From contig OX638316.1 of the NCBI GenBank assembly GCA_951812525.1, positions 2,472,506-2,536,505 on the forward strand: DNA of 64,000 nt. Reading direction: 5' to 3'. The notes under the pieces are model-generated. The model worked only from the letters and a program-made list of their open reading frames with translations. It ran no database searches and was not told the DNA's origin. Positions 48,148 to 59,128 of this stretch are shown here, one piece after another. Position 1 is the first letter of the stretch. Every line of letters starts with the position of its first letter. This DNA comes from an uncultured Poribacteria bacterium. Its GTDB lineage: Bacteria; Poribacteria; WGA-4E; WGA-3G. A program made the position numbers and the translations under genes.

Positions 48148-50025
48148 ATGTACAAAGCGCAACTTACACAGACTCCTCAATTGACGCAAAAAATGTCTAT
48201 TACACCGAGGCTGCAACAGGCGCTTAAAGTGCTTAATATGCCCCTGCAGGAACTGACGCAATTTATCGCTCAAGAATTAGAGCAGAATCCCCTCCTTGAA
48301 TTTGAAGAAGAAGAGACCGCTATTCCCCATGAAGAACTAGATTCAACACTTGAATGGAATGAGCCAGAGACAAATATCGACCAAAAAGATACCGCTGTCG
48401 ATATTGATTGGGAGACCGTTTTCGAGGATCGTGCCTCACTTAGTGAGCGGATGAATTTTAGATACTTGGAAACTGACGAGTTACCATCGGATATACCAGA
48501 AGAACGCTTATTACATGAGCATCTTGCTGAGCAACTCCAACTCGCTTACCCCCATATTATAACATCTGAAACAGAGTTCGCTATTGGAAAATGCATTCTT
48601 GGAAATCTAAATGATGATGGGCAATTAGAACTCAAACTGTTTCAGATTCCATGCGAATTCGTAACAGAACTGGAGGATGAATATCTCTCAACAGAGCTGC
48701 ACAGCATTATTCAGAAGAACTTGCAGACGGTAACTAATGATAGCCAATTCTCAAAAGCAGCTACAATTACTGCGAAAAAAATCGTATGTCCTGCCGCCGG
48801 AAATGATGGCGTGCGTGTTGAGCGGACATGGAAAATCAGAGATGACGATAACAAAAAGACATATACTATTCTGTATGAAAAACCTCCGTGTAGCGATAGA
48901 CTGGTGTTGAACTTCTATCAGTTGACATTGGAAGATATTGCCGATGAGGTAGGGTGTGATACAGCATTAGTTGAAGTTGTACTTCGCAAGATACAAGATA
49001 CCTTTGAACCACTCGGCATTGCATATCGAGATGTCCGGGAGTCGCTGCTAATCCAGATTCGCAATCTGAATAGCGGGGTCCGAGAAATCGGGCAGGAGAA
49101 TGGTTCATATCTCTCATCAGCGGCTGAACGAGAACTCCCAGATTTTTTACGTGAGAACAGACCCACGTGCCATCTCGCCCAAGAGATCGTCGAAAAGCAA
49201 TTTAATGCTTTTCTCAATCAGAAATGGGACTCTATTGCTGGAGCATTAAAAGTTGACATCGCAGATATTGATGCTGCTATACAGTGGATACGGACCTTAT
49301 CTCCATATCCAGGGCGCTACTTCACGGATCCAATGACGCGCACCTTGAAAAAAGGTCCCCTCGCTGAAGCCGTTACACCCGATGTGGAAATACAGTATCT
49401 TAATGGAAGGTATCAAGCTATTGCTGTAGATAGTTACATACCTCGATTGCAGATAAATCCTTACTATCTGAATATCATGCAGAACCGTCAGGATACCTTG
49501 GATCCGGAAGCAAAAGAATGGATAGAAAAACGGTATCGTGATGCTGCAAATCTGCTCAGCAGTCTCGCACAGCGCGGCAGCACTATCGCTCGAGTTGCTG
49601 AAGCCATCTTTGAGATACAAACCGACTTCCTAACACAGGGTGTTAAAGGTATTAAACCGCTAACATTGAGAACGATAGCTGAAAAACTCGGCATTCATGA
49701 ATCAACTGTCAGTCGCGTAACGAGCAATAAGTATGTACAGACCCCACACGGTATGTATCCGTTACGGTTTTTCTTCAGTAATGAGCTGTCAACAACACAG
49801 GGTGACGGTGTTTCTGCTAAGCAGGTGAAAAGTCTGATTGAAGAAATGATTATGGACGAAGCACCCGCGAAACCTCTTAGCGATCAAGCAATCAGTAATT
49901 CCTTGAAAGCAAAGGGTATCCGAGTCGCAAGGCGAACCATTCAAAAATACCGAGATGAATTAGGTATCCCGACATCACGTGAAAGATATTCTGTCCGTGG
50001 AAATTCTCGCACCAATGGATCTTGA
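48148..50025 (+). CDS. rpoN: RNA polymerase sigma-54 factor (with internal insertions)
   Basis: Gln/Leu-rich region I, NPLLE, HESTVSRV..KY..TP.G, RpoN box ARRTIQKYR. Confidence 0.95.
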   Translation: MYKAQLTQTPQLTQKMSITPRLQQALKVLNMPLQELTQFIAQELEQNPLLEFEEEETAIPHEELDSTLEWNEPETNIDQKDTAVDIDWETVFEDRASLSERMNFRYLETDELPSDIPEERLLHEHLAEQLQLAYPHIITSETEFAIGKCILGNLNDDGQLELKLFQIPCEFVTELEDEYLSTELHSIIQKNLQTVTNDSQFSKAATITAKKIVCPAAGNDGVRVERTWKIRDDDNKKTYTILYEKPPCSDRLVLNFYQLTLEDIADEVGCDTALVEVVLRKIQDTFEPLGIAYRDVRESLLIQIRNLNSGVREIGQENGSYLSSAAERELPDFLRENRPTCHLAQEIVEKQFNAFLNQKWDSIAGALKVDIADIDAAIQWIRTLSPYPGRYFTDPMTRTLKKGPLAEAVTPDVEIQYLNGRYQAIAVDSYIPRLQINPYYLNIMQNRQDTLDPEAKEWIEKRYRDAANLLSSLAQRGSTIARVAEAIFEIQTDFLTQGVKGIKPLTLRTIAEKLGIHESTVSRVTSNKYVQTPHGMYPLRFFFSNELSTTQGDGVSAKQVKSLIEEMIMDEAPAKPLSDQAISNSLKAKGIRVARRTIQKYRDELGIPTSRERYSVRGNSRTNGS

Positions 50026-50124
50026 ACCTCCGGCGAGGAGAAACTCTATTTTCTCAGCTATTAGGCGGTTACTTAGCCTCGAATCTACTGTTCGAGGCGC
50101 ACACAGAAAGAGAGGAAAATCCAA

Positions 50125-50685
50125 ATGAAAGTAACATATTCCGGACATAACTTGAAAATTACCGATGACCTTCATGCACACATTCTGAAGCGTGCTGATA
50201 AAATTGAAGCCCGTTTTGGGGGGATGCACGAGTTAAACGTCGTCCTTAAAGCGGAAAAGCATCGGTTTGACGCTGAGATGATAGTCACAGCACCACGTGT
50301 GTCGTTCTATGCGAAAAGCCATACTGATGAGGTGGTGTCTGCACTGGACAGCGCGGCAGATAAAATTGTCAGCCAGATTCGTCGTTATAGAGACAGAGTG
50401 AAAGACCGAAGAAATGTCGTGCCGCACCGGGAAGTCGTCGCACAACTCAATCCAAACGGAGACGAGGAGTTGCCTTTGGAAATTGATGCCGTCGATACTC
50501 CGTCTATTGTGGCAACGCAAGAGAAATTCGCCTCCAAGCCACTCACTGTCGCAGAAGCCGCAACAGAACTTCAAGCCTCGAACGCAGCCTTCCTCCTATT
50601 TCTGAACGCCGAGACACGGCAGGTGAATCTGCTCTACGAAATGGCAAAAGGGACATACGGGTGGGTAGAACCGCTCTTCGCTTAA
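50125..50685 (+). CDS. hpf: Ribosome hibernation promoting factor (long HPF)
   Basis: G.NLKITD, ALD.A.DK...Q.RRY.D, C-terminal KP.TV.EA...FLLF.N; follows rpoN. Confidence 0.9.
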   Translation: MKVTYSGHNLKITDDLHAHILKRADKIEARFGGMHELNVVLKAEKHRFDAEMIVTAPRVSFYAKSHTDEVVSALDSAADKIVSQIRRYRDRVKDRRNVVPHREVVAQLNPNGDEELPLEIDAVDTPSIVATQEKFASKPLTVAEAATELQASNAAFLLFLNAETRQVNLLYEMAKGTYGWVEPLFA

Positions 50686-50731
50686 TGGTACCGCTCGCAA
50701 GCCAGCATTGCAAAGAAAGGTCTTGAAAAAT

Positions 50732-53401
50732 ATGGCAAATCTTCCGAAAACTTATACCCCTCAGGAAATTGAGGGGAAATGGTACCAATTTTGGCAGAAA
50801 AACGACTACTTTCACGCTGAAGCGACTTCCGAGAAATCGCCCTACGCAATTGTGATCCCCCCACCGAATATCACGGGTAGTCTACATATCGGGCATGCAC
50901 TGGATAACACGCTCCAAGATTGCCTCATCCGATGGCGCCGCATGCAAGGCTATAACACGCTTTGGATGCCAGGGACAGATCACGCCGGTATTGTCACCGA
51001 ACTGATTATGGAGCGACAGCTCGCTGAAGAGGGCACCAGTCGCACGACCATCGGTCGCGAAAAATTCATCGAACGCATGTGGCAGTGGAAAGCCGAATCT
51101 GCTGGCTATATAGTCTCACAGCTCCAACAAATGGGATGTTCTTGCGATTGGGAACGCGAGCGTTTTACGCTTGATGAAGGGCTCTCTGAAGCTGTTCGCA
51201 CTGCTTTTGTCAAGTTTTACAATCAGGGTCTTATCTATCAGGACACCTACATGGTGAATTGGTGTCCGCAGTGCAACACGGCAATCAGTAATCTTGAAGT
51301 GGAACCCATTGAGATAGATGGTAACTTCTACCATATCCGCTATCCAGTCAAAGATAGCGATGTTGTGCTTGAAATTGCTACCACGCGACCAGAGACAATG
51401 TTGGGCGACACCGCTGTTGCTGTGCATCCCGACGATGAGCGGTACCAACACCTGATCGGGAAAACGGCACACCTTCCGTTGTGTGACAGGGAGATCCCAA
51501 TAATTGCCGATGTTTATGTCGATAGAGAATTCGGTACTGGTGCCTTGAAAGTGACGCCAGCACACGATACCAACGACTATGAGATTGGCTTGCGACACGA
51601 CCTCGAACAACGCACTATTTTCACACGAGATGGAGATATAAACGAAAATGCACCTGAAAAATACGTCGGCTTATCAAGATGGGACTGTCGTAAACAGGTC
51701 GTGGAAGATTTACAAAATGCTGACTACCTCGTCAAAATTGTGCCGCATCGACACGCCGTTGGGCATCATGATCGATGTGGTGCCATTGTTGAACCTGCCG
51801 TATCTTTGCAGTGGTTTATGAATGTCCGACCCCTTGCCCAGCGTGCAATAGAGGCGACCCAAAAAGGTGAGGTCAAATTTATTCCAGAACGCGAAACTGC
51901 TCGTTTCTATCATTGGATGGAGAACATCGAACCTTGGCCCATCGCACGCCAACGGTGGTGGGGACACCAGATTCCGATATGGTACTGTAATTCCTGCGAG
52001 ACAATCATCGCTGCGATGGAAAAACCGCAGCAGTGCAAGTGTGGTGCGTCCGATTTTCGACAAGAAGAAGATGTCTTAGATACCTGGTTCAGTTCTGGAC
52101 TCTGGCCCTTCTCCACTATGGGATGGCCAGAAGAAACGCCAGAATTGGAAACCTTCTATCCTACCTCTGTTCTTGTGTCCGGTTGGGATATCCTCTTCTT
52201 CTGGGTATCCAGAATGGTAATGTTAGGGCTCGGATGTATGGATGAAGTTCCGTTCCGTACTGTCTATCTGCATGGACTTGTTGCCGATGAAAAGGGACAG
52301 AAAATGAGCAAGTCGAAAGGGAATAGCATCGATCCATTGGAGACAATTGCTACCTATGGAGCGGATGCCTTCCGTTTCGCACTCACGAATGCAAGTACAC
52401 CAAACCCTTATGTCGCGCTTCCAGAGTCGCAGATTGAGGCAGGCAGACGATTTGCCAACAAAATCTGGAACGCCGCCCGATTCATGCTCATGAATTTAGA
52501 GAAACATCCTGTTCCTGCAGAGACAGAGACAGTTGGAGGTGCTCAGGAAGTATTGGAGATCGCGTGGATACGGAGTCGTCTTAACTACACTATTCAAACA
52601 ACGACCGATGCACTTGAAAACTTCCGATTCCATGAAGCAGCACAAACACTCTACGCCTTTCTCTGGCATGAATTCTGTGATTGGTACTTGGAATTCACCA
52701 AACAGCGAGTCGCCCAAGATGAACCAGAGGCTCTCTGGGTAGCCGCTGATGTTTTGGAACAGACGATGCGCCTAATCCACCCGATCATGCCATTTTTGAG
52801 CGAGGAAATTTGGCAACAACTCCCACATGGCGGTAGCAGCGGCGGATCTGCAGCTGACAGAAGTTCTGTGACCGTTGCTCCCTGGCCAGAGCCGCTCGGA
52901 GAAAATCCAACGGCGGAAACCACTATGGCAACGCTTATGGAGGTCATTGAGAGCATTCGGAGCATTCGGGGTGAGTTAAATGTCCCGATTGGTGCCTCCG
53001 TAGAGATCCACATCCAGTCACCAGATGCCGAAGTACGGAAGCGGCTCGAAACGTATCTACCGCAGTACTTGCCGGCTTTTACGCGGGTGGCGGACATCAC
53101 CATTGCTGAAACGTTACAAAAACCGCCTGCTTCAGCGGAAGCCGTCATCGGGCAACTTGCCATCTACATTCCACTTGCCAATGTAATCGATTTGGATACT
53201 GAACGCGAGAGGCTCAGCAAACGGCATCAACAAGCAGTCAAGGATGTAACAGCAGCGCAAAAAACTTTGGATAATCCCAATTTCATCCAGCGAGCCCCGG
53301 AAAAGGTCGTTGCACAAAAAAGGGCACAACTTGAACGGCTACTGATTGAACAGGAGAAATTAGCCCGAAGTATAGCGATGCTCACCCAATCAACGGAGTA
53401 A
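50732..53401 (+). CDS. valS: Valine--tRNA ligase
   Basis: PPPNITGSLHIGH, PGTDHAGI, DTWFSS, KMSKS, C-terminal coiled coil; ATG 50732. Confidence 0.98.
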   Translation: MANLPKTYTPQEIEGKWYQFWQKNDYFHAEATSEKSPYAIVIPPPNITGSLHIGHALDNTLQDCLIRWRRMQGYNTLWMPGTDHAGIVTELIMERQLAEEGTSRTTIGREKFIERMWQWKAESAGYIVSQLQQMGCSCDWERERFTLDEGLSEAVRTAFVKFYNQGLIYQDTYMVNWCPQCNTAISNLEVEPIEIDGNFYHIRYPVKDSDVVLEIATTRPETMLGDTAVAVHPDDERYQHLIGKTAHLPLCDREIPIIADVYVDREFGTGALKVTPAHDTNDYEIGLRHDLEQRTIFTRDGDINENAPEKYVGLSRWDCRKQVVEDLQNADYLVKIVPHRHAVGHHDRCGAIVEPAVSLQWFMNVRPLAQRAIEATQKGEVKFIPERETARFYHWMENIEPWPIARQRWWGHQIPIWYCNSCETIIAAMEKPQQCKCGASDFRQEEDVLDTWFSSGLWPFSTMGWPEETPELETFYPTSVLVSGWDILFFWVSRMVMLGLGCMDEVPFRTVYLHGLVADEKGQKMSKSKGNSIDPLETIATYGADAFRFALTNASTPNPYVALPESQIEAGRRFANKIWNAARFMLMNLEKHPVPAETETVGGAQEVLEIAWIRSRLNYTIQTTTDALENFRFHEAAQTLYAFLWHEFCDWYLEFTKQRVAQDEPEALWVAADVLEQTMRLIHPIMPFLSEEIWQQLPHGGSSGGSAADRSSVTVAPWPEPLGENPTAETTMATLMEVIESIRSIRGELNVPIGASVEIHIQSPDAEVRKRLETYLPQYLPAFTRVADITIAETLQKPPASAEAVIGQLAIYIPLANVIDLDTERERLSKRHQQAVKDVTAAQKTLDNPNFIQRAPEKVVAQKRAQLERLLIEQEKLARSIAMLTQSTE

Positions 53402-53402
53402 C

Positions 53403-53867
53403 ATGACGGTTGATATGCAATCTGACACATCTGCGAACCTCGCACTAAATAATGATCACTGCTTCGTCTGCGGCATGAGAAATCCGTTCGGCTTGCAGGT
53501 TAAACCCGAAATTATAGATGCGGGTGCATTTGTTCATATTGAATGTACGCCTCCAGAACACTTGCAAGGGTGGGCAGACATCTTACACGGTGGTATCCTC
53601 AGCACGTTGTTAGATGAAGCGATTACTTACGTCGGGATAAGTACGTTCAATCAGCATGCAGTGACAGCACAACTTGAAGTCCGTTTTCGCAACCCGGCAC
53701 CGACGCGTGTGAAACTATTTGTTGCTGCAGAGCGTATTAAGGTTTCGCGGAGGATAGTAGAGGCAAAAGCAGAGGTTACGCTCAGTGATGGCACGCTCAT
53801 CGCTACAGGCACTGGTAAGGTAGTACCGGTTAGTGAAAATTTCGCACCTAAGACACCCGTTCAGTAG
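53403..53867 (+). CDS. PaaI-family thioesterase
   Basis: CFVCG..NP.GL, HGGILSTLLDE, VTA.L.VRF..P. Confidence 0.88.
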   Translation: MTVDMQSDTSANLALNNDHCFVCGMRNPFGLQVKPEIIDAGAFVHIECTPPEHLQGWADILHGGILSTLLDEAITYVGISTFNQHAVTAQLEVRFRNPAPTRVKLFVAAERIKVSRRIVEAKAEVTLSDGTLIATGTGKVVPVSENFAPKTPVQ

Positions 53868-53946
53868 GAAAAGAATGCTTCTGCTAACGGGCTAAACCTT
53901 AACCATTCCACATAGTCCGTTGTTTCCTTGTTTGTCAAAGCAATTT

Positions 53947-55665
53947 ATGGAAAATCCAACATCTCTGATGAATCCCAAGAGGCGTTCAAGTTGGGACACC
54001 GATGTCCTTATCATCGGTAGTGGTGCTGCCGGATTACGTGCTGCCCTTGCTGCGAGCGAACACGCCGATGTAACCTTAATCACCAAAACTACACTCACAG
54101 AGAGCAACACGCACTATGCCCAAGGCGGTATCGCTGTTGTCATGAACCTTGATGACACGATTGCCTTGCACATAAAAGATACTTGTGATGCTGGTGCTGG
54201 TTTGTGTGATACTCAAGCCGTTGAGATGATGGTATCTGAGGGCATTCCAAGGGTCGCTGAGCTGCTGGATTGGGGCGCAAACTTTGATTGGGAGGGAACA
54301 CTACCTCGCTTTACACAAGAAGCAGCGCACAGTCGACGCCGAATTGTCCATAAAGGGGACGCAACCGGACGTGAAACAACCGATGTTCTCATTCAACGCG
54401 TGTTGAACACTGAACGCATCCACGTTCTACAAAGTGCGTTTGCTATTGATCTGCTAACGGATGCAAATGTGGCGAAGGGAAATCAGAAAACCGTCACATG
54501 TTACGGGACTACCGCCGTTGTGGATGGAGAGTTGGTCTCTATCCGAGCGAAAGCCACGATTCTTGCCACAGGCGGGCTGGGGCGTGTCTACCCCTGCACC
54601 TCTAATCCGAAGGTAGCAACCGGCGACGGTTTCGCGGCGGCTTGGCGCGCTGGATGTGAAATGGTCGATATGGAATTCGTTCAGTTTCATCCAACGACAC
54701 TCTACTTAGACGGTGCTCCCAACTTTTTGATTTCTGAAGCCGTCCGCGGGGAAGGCGGACAGCTTATCAATATACGTGGTGAGCGCTTTATGGGGAAATA
54801 TCACGAGAAGGGCGAACTCGCACCGCGCGATGTCGTCAGTCGTTCCATACAAATAGAGATGGAATTAACCGGATTCCCATGTGTTTACCTCGATATTACC
54901 CATAAACCGGCTGAATTTATCGTTGAACGGTTTCCAACTATCTCTGATACGACAAAACATTTCGGCTTAGACATTAGTATTGACTTAATACCCGTCCGCC
55001 CTGGTGCCCACTTTATGATGGGTGGTATTCGCACTAACACGGATACAGAAACCAACATTAAAGGGCTTTACGCGTGTGGGGAAGTGGCATGCACAGGTGT
55101 CCATGGAGCAAACCGCTTGGCGAGCAACTCCCTTTTGGAATGCCTCGTTTACGGTGCTCGTGCTGGCACAAACGCCGCAATATTTGCCACATCACAATCC
55201 CCCGATCACCCACCTGATATACCTATGATCGGTAATGCATCAGCTTCTATTGAAACAGATTTAGACTTTATGGAAACGGCAAAGGACGTTATTCGGGAAA
55301 CTCTCTGGGAAAACGTGAGCATTGAAAGAAACGGCGAGGGTTTAAAACAAACCCTCGCCGAATTGCAAGATTTAACAGTAAGGTTGGGGAACCCGCAAAC
55401 GGTGCCAGAAGAAACCGCAGAAACGGTTAACCCAACTGGCAGAATTCATTCGATTTCACCAACGTTTCTCCAAACAACAGATGTAGAGATGATTGAAACA
55501 GTTAATATGCTCGATGTCGCTTTGATGATAACCCGATCCTCACTTATTCGCACCGAAAGCCGTGGGGCACACTACCGCGCTGATTTTCCAACACAAAACG
55601 ATATCGACTGGTACCGCCGTATTCTCCTCACACAAGACCAAGCACCAAAAATAATCCCACTTTAA
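53947..55665 (+). CDS. nadB: L-aspartate oxidase
   Basis: IIGSGAAGL, AQGGIA, EAAHSRRRI.H, QFHPT, SEAVRGEG, ELAPRD, GVHGANRLASNSLLE, ESRGAHYR. Confidence 0.95.
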   Translation: MENPTSLMNPKRRSSWDTDVLIIGSGAAGLRAALAASEHADVTLITKTTLTESNTHYAQGGIAVVMNLDDTIALHIKDTCDAGAGLCDTQAVEMMVSEGIPRVAELLDWGANFDWEGTLPRFTQEAAHSRRRIVHKGDATGRETTDVLIQRVLNTERIHVLQSAFAIDLLTDANVAKGNQKTVTCYGTTAVVDGELVSIRAKATILATGGLGRVYPCTSNPKVATGDGFAAAWRAGCEMVDMEFVQFHPTTLYLDGAPNFLISEAVRGEGGQLINIRGERFMGKYHEKGELAPRDVVSRSIQIEMELTGFPCVYLDITHKPAEFIVERFPTISDTTKHFGLDISIDLIPVRPGAHFMMGGIRTNTDTETNIKGLYACGEVACTGVHGANRLASNSLLECLVYGARAGTNAAIFATSQSPDHPPDIPMIGNASASIETDLDFMETAKDVIRETLWENVSIERNGEGLKQTLAELQDLTVRLGNPQTVPEETAETVNPTGRIHSISPTFLQTTDVEMIETVNMLDVALMITRSSLIRTESRGAHYRADFPTQNDIDWYRRILLTQDQAPKIIPL

Positions 55666-55734
55666 AGGTTAAATTTTGGAGAAGTTTTAACGCAAAGGTT
55701 CAATAGATCCTCGGCAATTGCAAGTTATTGAGGG

Positions 55735-58014
55735 CTAAAAACCTTGTAATCGCTTTTCCGAAATCTCTGTTGTTGAATTCACCGCCGGTGGTTCATCTGT
55801 TTTTCGATAGATTCCGACATAGTGATCGTAACTATCGATAACTTTCTTGATATGCAGCCGGGTCTCTCGGATAGTGATTTTCTCTACGAATTCGTCAATA
55901 TCCTTTATATTTTTTGATGCCACCCATCGCTTCATCCGCCCTGGACCGCCATTATACGCACCAGTTACCAACATTGGGTTACCATCAAATAACGAATTGA
56001 GATAATCAATATACTTTATGCCCATCCGAATATTCACGTCAGGTTGTTTGAGCATTGAGGTTCGGAAACGACGGATTTTGAGCTGCTGGGCGAGTTCTTT
56101 TCCAGTGGCGGGCATAATCTGCATCAACCCGATCGCACCTGCCCAACTGACTGCTTGTGCATTGTATCGGCTCTCTTCTAAAATCATTGCGGCAATTAAA
56201 AAGGTATCTACGTTATACAGTTTGGCGTATTTCTCGACTGTGTTAGCATAATAGCGCGGATAGAGTTTCCGTTGGAGTTTCTCTACGTCCGCGCGCGTTG
56301 CGTTTGCAAAGGCTGGGCTGTCAAGCGACTGTTCAGTTAGTTTCCGAGCTTTATCGTACATTGCGAGTCGTTCATAGCACGTAATCAAATCATAAAAGCA
56401 TTGGCGCTCAGAGAGTGAGGTAGTGCTAATGTGATGGTCCAAATGCGCAATTGCATCTTCATAAAGCCTGAGTTCCATCAACAGTGAAATTTGATGTGGA
56501 CACGCCTCACGCACCGGTAATTCGGCATCCTGGATAGCTTTCGGTTCCAATTCAGATGCAGCGATACCCAGAATCGCTTTTGCCCTGGCAGTATAATACC
56601 AGTATCCTGATTCAGCAACTTCCTTATATAGTTTCCGCGCAAGTCCTGGCTGGTTTTGACGTTCTCGTATCTTTGCCATCCAGAAGTGGGCACCCATCGC
56701 GTAGCGATTCCCTGGGAAGTTTTCCTTTAACCCTTTGAAAGCGTTGTAACTTTCTTCATAGCGTTTCTCGTCAAAGCGCTGCCAACCTGTTCGCCATGCC
56801 GCTACATCGGCGTATGGACTCTTGGGTGCTGCCTTAATTAGACGGGCGTAGGCATCGATTGCTGATTCCGACTTGCCTCTCTTTTCGTAAATTTGCGCAA
56901 TATCGTACAGCGCATCGTCTACGAACTCGCTCCATGCGTAGTCTTTCACAAACTTCTCAAGTCGGCTGGTTGTGGTTTTCAGATGCCCTTTCCGACGGTA
57001 ACATTGTGCTATTTGATAGGTCGCGCGCGTTAAATATTCATGTTTATCTCCGAGCGCAATCACAGCATCGAACTTTTTAATCGCAGTATTATACCATCGG
57101 CGTTCCTGATAACTTCGCCCAATAAGGTAAAGCGCATTCGCACGCATATTCAAGTCTTCCGTATTGGGAATCCGTTCCAATTCCGCTACAGCCGCCTTCC
57201 ATTGCTTGTGCGAATAATAGACTAAACCAGTATTGATTCGATCCTTAGAAGTAAGCACTAAAGACCTGTTTTTTCGCATAAGTTGTTTAAGTCGACCGAG
57301 TGCTTCTTTGGCAATGTTATCTGATTGCTTTTCTGTAATGAGTTCGCGATACACATTGAACGCTGCAACAATTTCACCGAATTCTTCATCGCAACGTGCC
57401 AGTCCAAAGACAGCTCCTCTGGTGTATTGCGGGTGCTTAACCAATTCGACTAACTGCGGTTTTGCTGCTTCGTACTGTTTCTGATCAAGATATAGCTCCG
57501 CTAAAGTCCATTTTGACTCTGAAATATACAGACTCGTTGGATGATCCTTGACGAGTTTTGCATACCACTTTATCGCCTTTGTTTTGTTGTTCATGCTTTC
57601 ATACAGTCGTGCAAGGCGATAAATGGCATAGTCTGCTAATGGATAATTAAACGAGGCAACTCGAGCGTAGTGATGGACTGCTTTTGGACGGTTCCGAAGT
57701 TTCTCGTAGTTATAACCGAGGGCATGATGAATCTCAAACTTCTCTGCCTCGGATAGATCGGCTTGCAATAAAGCCTCCAGTTTCAAAACTGCACTTTTGC
57801 GCTGTCCTTTGTCAACCAGAGCGAAGGCTTCTTGCCATGCAACACTACGTTCTTCATCAGCGAAGACCGGTGTTCCTGTTAAAAAGCAGCTATAAACCAG
57901 TACCAGCAAACCCAAAAAGAATTTCTGGATGATAATGGAATCTAATACTGTATATGGGTTCGCTTTTTTGTCGGACTGGGTTAGATTTCTGCTAAAAAAT
58001 TTTATATATCTCAT
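55735..58014 (-). CDS. Soluble lytic transglycosylase (Slt70-like) with TPR array
   Basis: TPR repeats then ES.YN..AVS.AGAIGLMQIMP.T, AYNGGPG, ETR.HIKKV. Confidence 0.9.
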   Translation of the reverse strand: MRYIKFFSRNLTQSDKKANPYTVLDSIIIQKFFLGLLVLVYSCFLTGTPVFADEERSVAWQEAFALVDKGQRKSAVLKLEALLQADLSEAEKFEIHHALGYNYEKLRNRPKAVHHYARVASFNYPLADYAIYRLARLYESMNNKTKAIKWYAKLVKDHPTSLYISESKWTLAELYLDQKQYEAAKPQLVELVKHPQYTRGAVFGLARCDEEFGEIVAAFNVYRELITEKQSDNIAKEALGRLKQLMRKNRSLVLTSKDRINTGLVYYSHKQWKAAVAELERIPNTEDLNMRANALYLIGRSYQERRWYNTAIKKFDAVIALGDKHEYLTRATYQIAQCYRRKGHLKTTTSRLEKFVKDYAWSEFVDDALYDIAQIYEKRGKSESAIDAYARLIKAAPKSPYADVAAWRTGWQRFDEKRYEESYNAFKGLKENFPGNRYAMGAHFWMAKIRERQNQPGLARKLYKEVAESGYWYYTARAKAILGIAASELEPKAIQDAELPVREACPHQISLLMELRLYEDAIAHLDHHISTTSLSERQCFYDLITCYERLAMYDKARKLTEQSLDSPAFANATRADVEKLQRKLYPRYYANTVEKYAKLYNVDTFLIAAMILEESRYNAQAVSWAGAIGLMQIMPATGKELAQQLKIRRFRTSMLKQPDVNIRMGIKYIDYLNSLFDGNPMLVTGAYNGGPGRMKRWVASKNIKDIDEFVEKITIRETRLHIKKVIDSYDHYVGIYRKTDEPPAVNSTTEISEKRLQGF

Positions 58015-58265
58015 TTCAATCCTTACTTTAGGTCCTCCTGCAGTAAGTTAATGTAAATTCAATTGCGGCGAAGATAAATTTCGGATTGCGATCTTAAATG
58101 CCTTGCCACATATTGTAACGTTCTTTAAAGACAAAAGGCAACAAAAAAGTGGACGTTGGAGAAATCATTTGCCAAATTTCGGGTCGTTGTGTTACACTTA
58201 ATTCAGACTTAACCAACTGCACGGTTTGGATGCAAGTGTATGTCAAGAACTAAGGAGAGTATTTA

Positions 58266-59039
58266 ATGGAAATTGTAGCACTCGGGAAAACAGATTTAAA
58301 TGTTTCTCGACTTTCGATTGGCACTGGATCAAATGGCTGGAACGGTCGCTCAAATCAGACGGATTTGGGGTTTGAAGCGTTACGCGACCTGCTCCTGTTT
58401 TCTTATGAAAAAGGTGTGACATTTTGGGATTCTGCCGATCAATACGGGAGTCACCCGCACGTCAAGGCAGCTCTTGAAGAACTGCCACGAGAAAGCGTCA
58501 CCATCACCACGAAAACGGTATCCCGCACACGAGAAACGGTAGAGGCAGACGTAAAACGGTTTCTAAAAGAGATTGGGTCTGATTATGTTGACATTGTGCT
58601 CCTCCACTGCCTCACACAGGTCGATTGGCCGCAACGTTATCCAGATGCAATGGAAGCACTCGTCCGTTGTAAAGAGCAGGGATTAATTCGCGCACACGGT
58701 GTATCCTGTCATGATTATGGCGCGTTCCAAACATCCGCAATGACAGAATGGGTTGATGTCGTCTTGGCTCGCATTAATCACGCTGGTGTTCACATGGACG
58801 CATCGCCCGCCGATGTCATCCGTACAATGGAACAGATGGCATTTGCTGGAAAAGGTATCTACGGCATGAAAGTGCTGGGACAGGGGAAGTTGGCGGAAGA
58901 CGCGACCGGTCAACGCGATGCGATTGAATTCGTGATGAACTTACCCTGCGTACATGCCATGACTATCGGTATGACCTCAGAGAGCGAAGTAGAAGCAAAT
59001 GTTGACGTTGTCAACGAATTGTCGGAGAAACTGTTGTAG
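58266..59039 (+). CDS. Aldo/keto reductase
   Basis: LGKTDL.VSRL.IGT, WDSADQYG, DYVDIVLLH, GVS.H, GMKVLG. Confidence 0.9.
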   Translation: MEIVALGKTDLNVSRLSIGTGSNGWNGRSNQTDLGFEALRDLLLFSYEKGVTFWDSADQYGSHPHVKAALEELPRESVTITTKTVSRTRETVEADVKRFLKEIGSDYVDIVLLHCLTQVDWPQRYPDAMEALVRCKEQGLIRAHGVSCHDYGAFQTSAMTEWVDVVLARINHAGVHMDASPADVIRTMEQMAFAGKGIYGMKVLGQGKLAEDATGQRDAIEFVMNLPCVHAMTIGMTSESEVEANVDVVNELSEKLL

Positions 59040-59128
59040 CGATTCGCCACTTTTATGGAAGCGCGAGATACTGTGCCCTGTTCTTTGATAGTAGTATCAT
59101 CGCGCCGGACCGAAACGAGAAAGAACGC

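Noticed and set aside
48628-48921. Intein in RpoN
   Set aside because: No Cys/Ser start, no His-Asn end followed by Cys/Ser/Thr, and no LAGLIDADG motifs; kept as an insertion domain instead.
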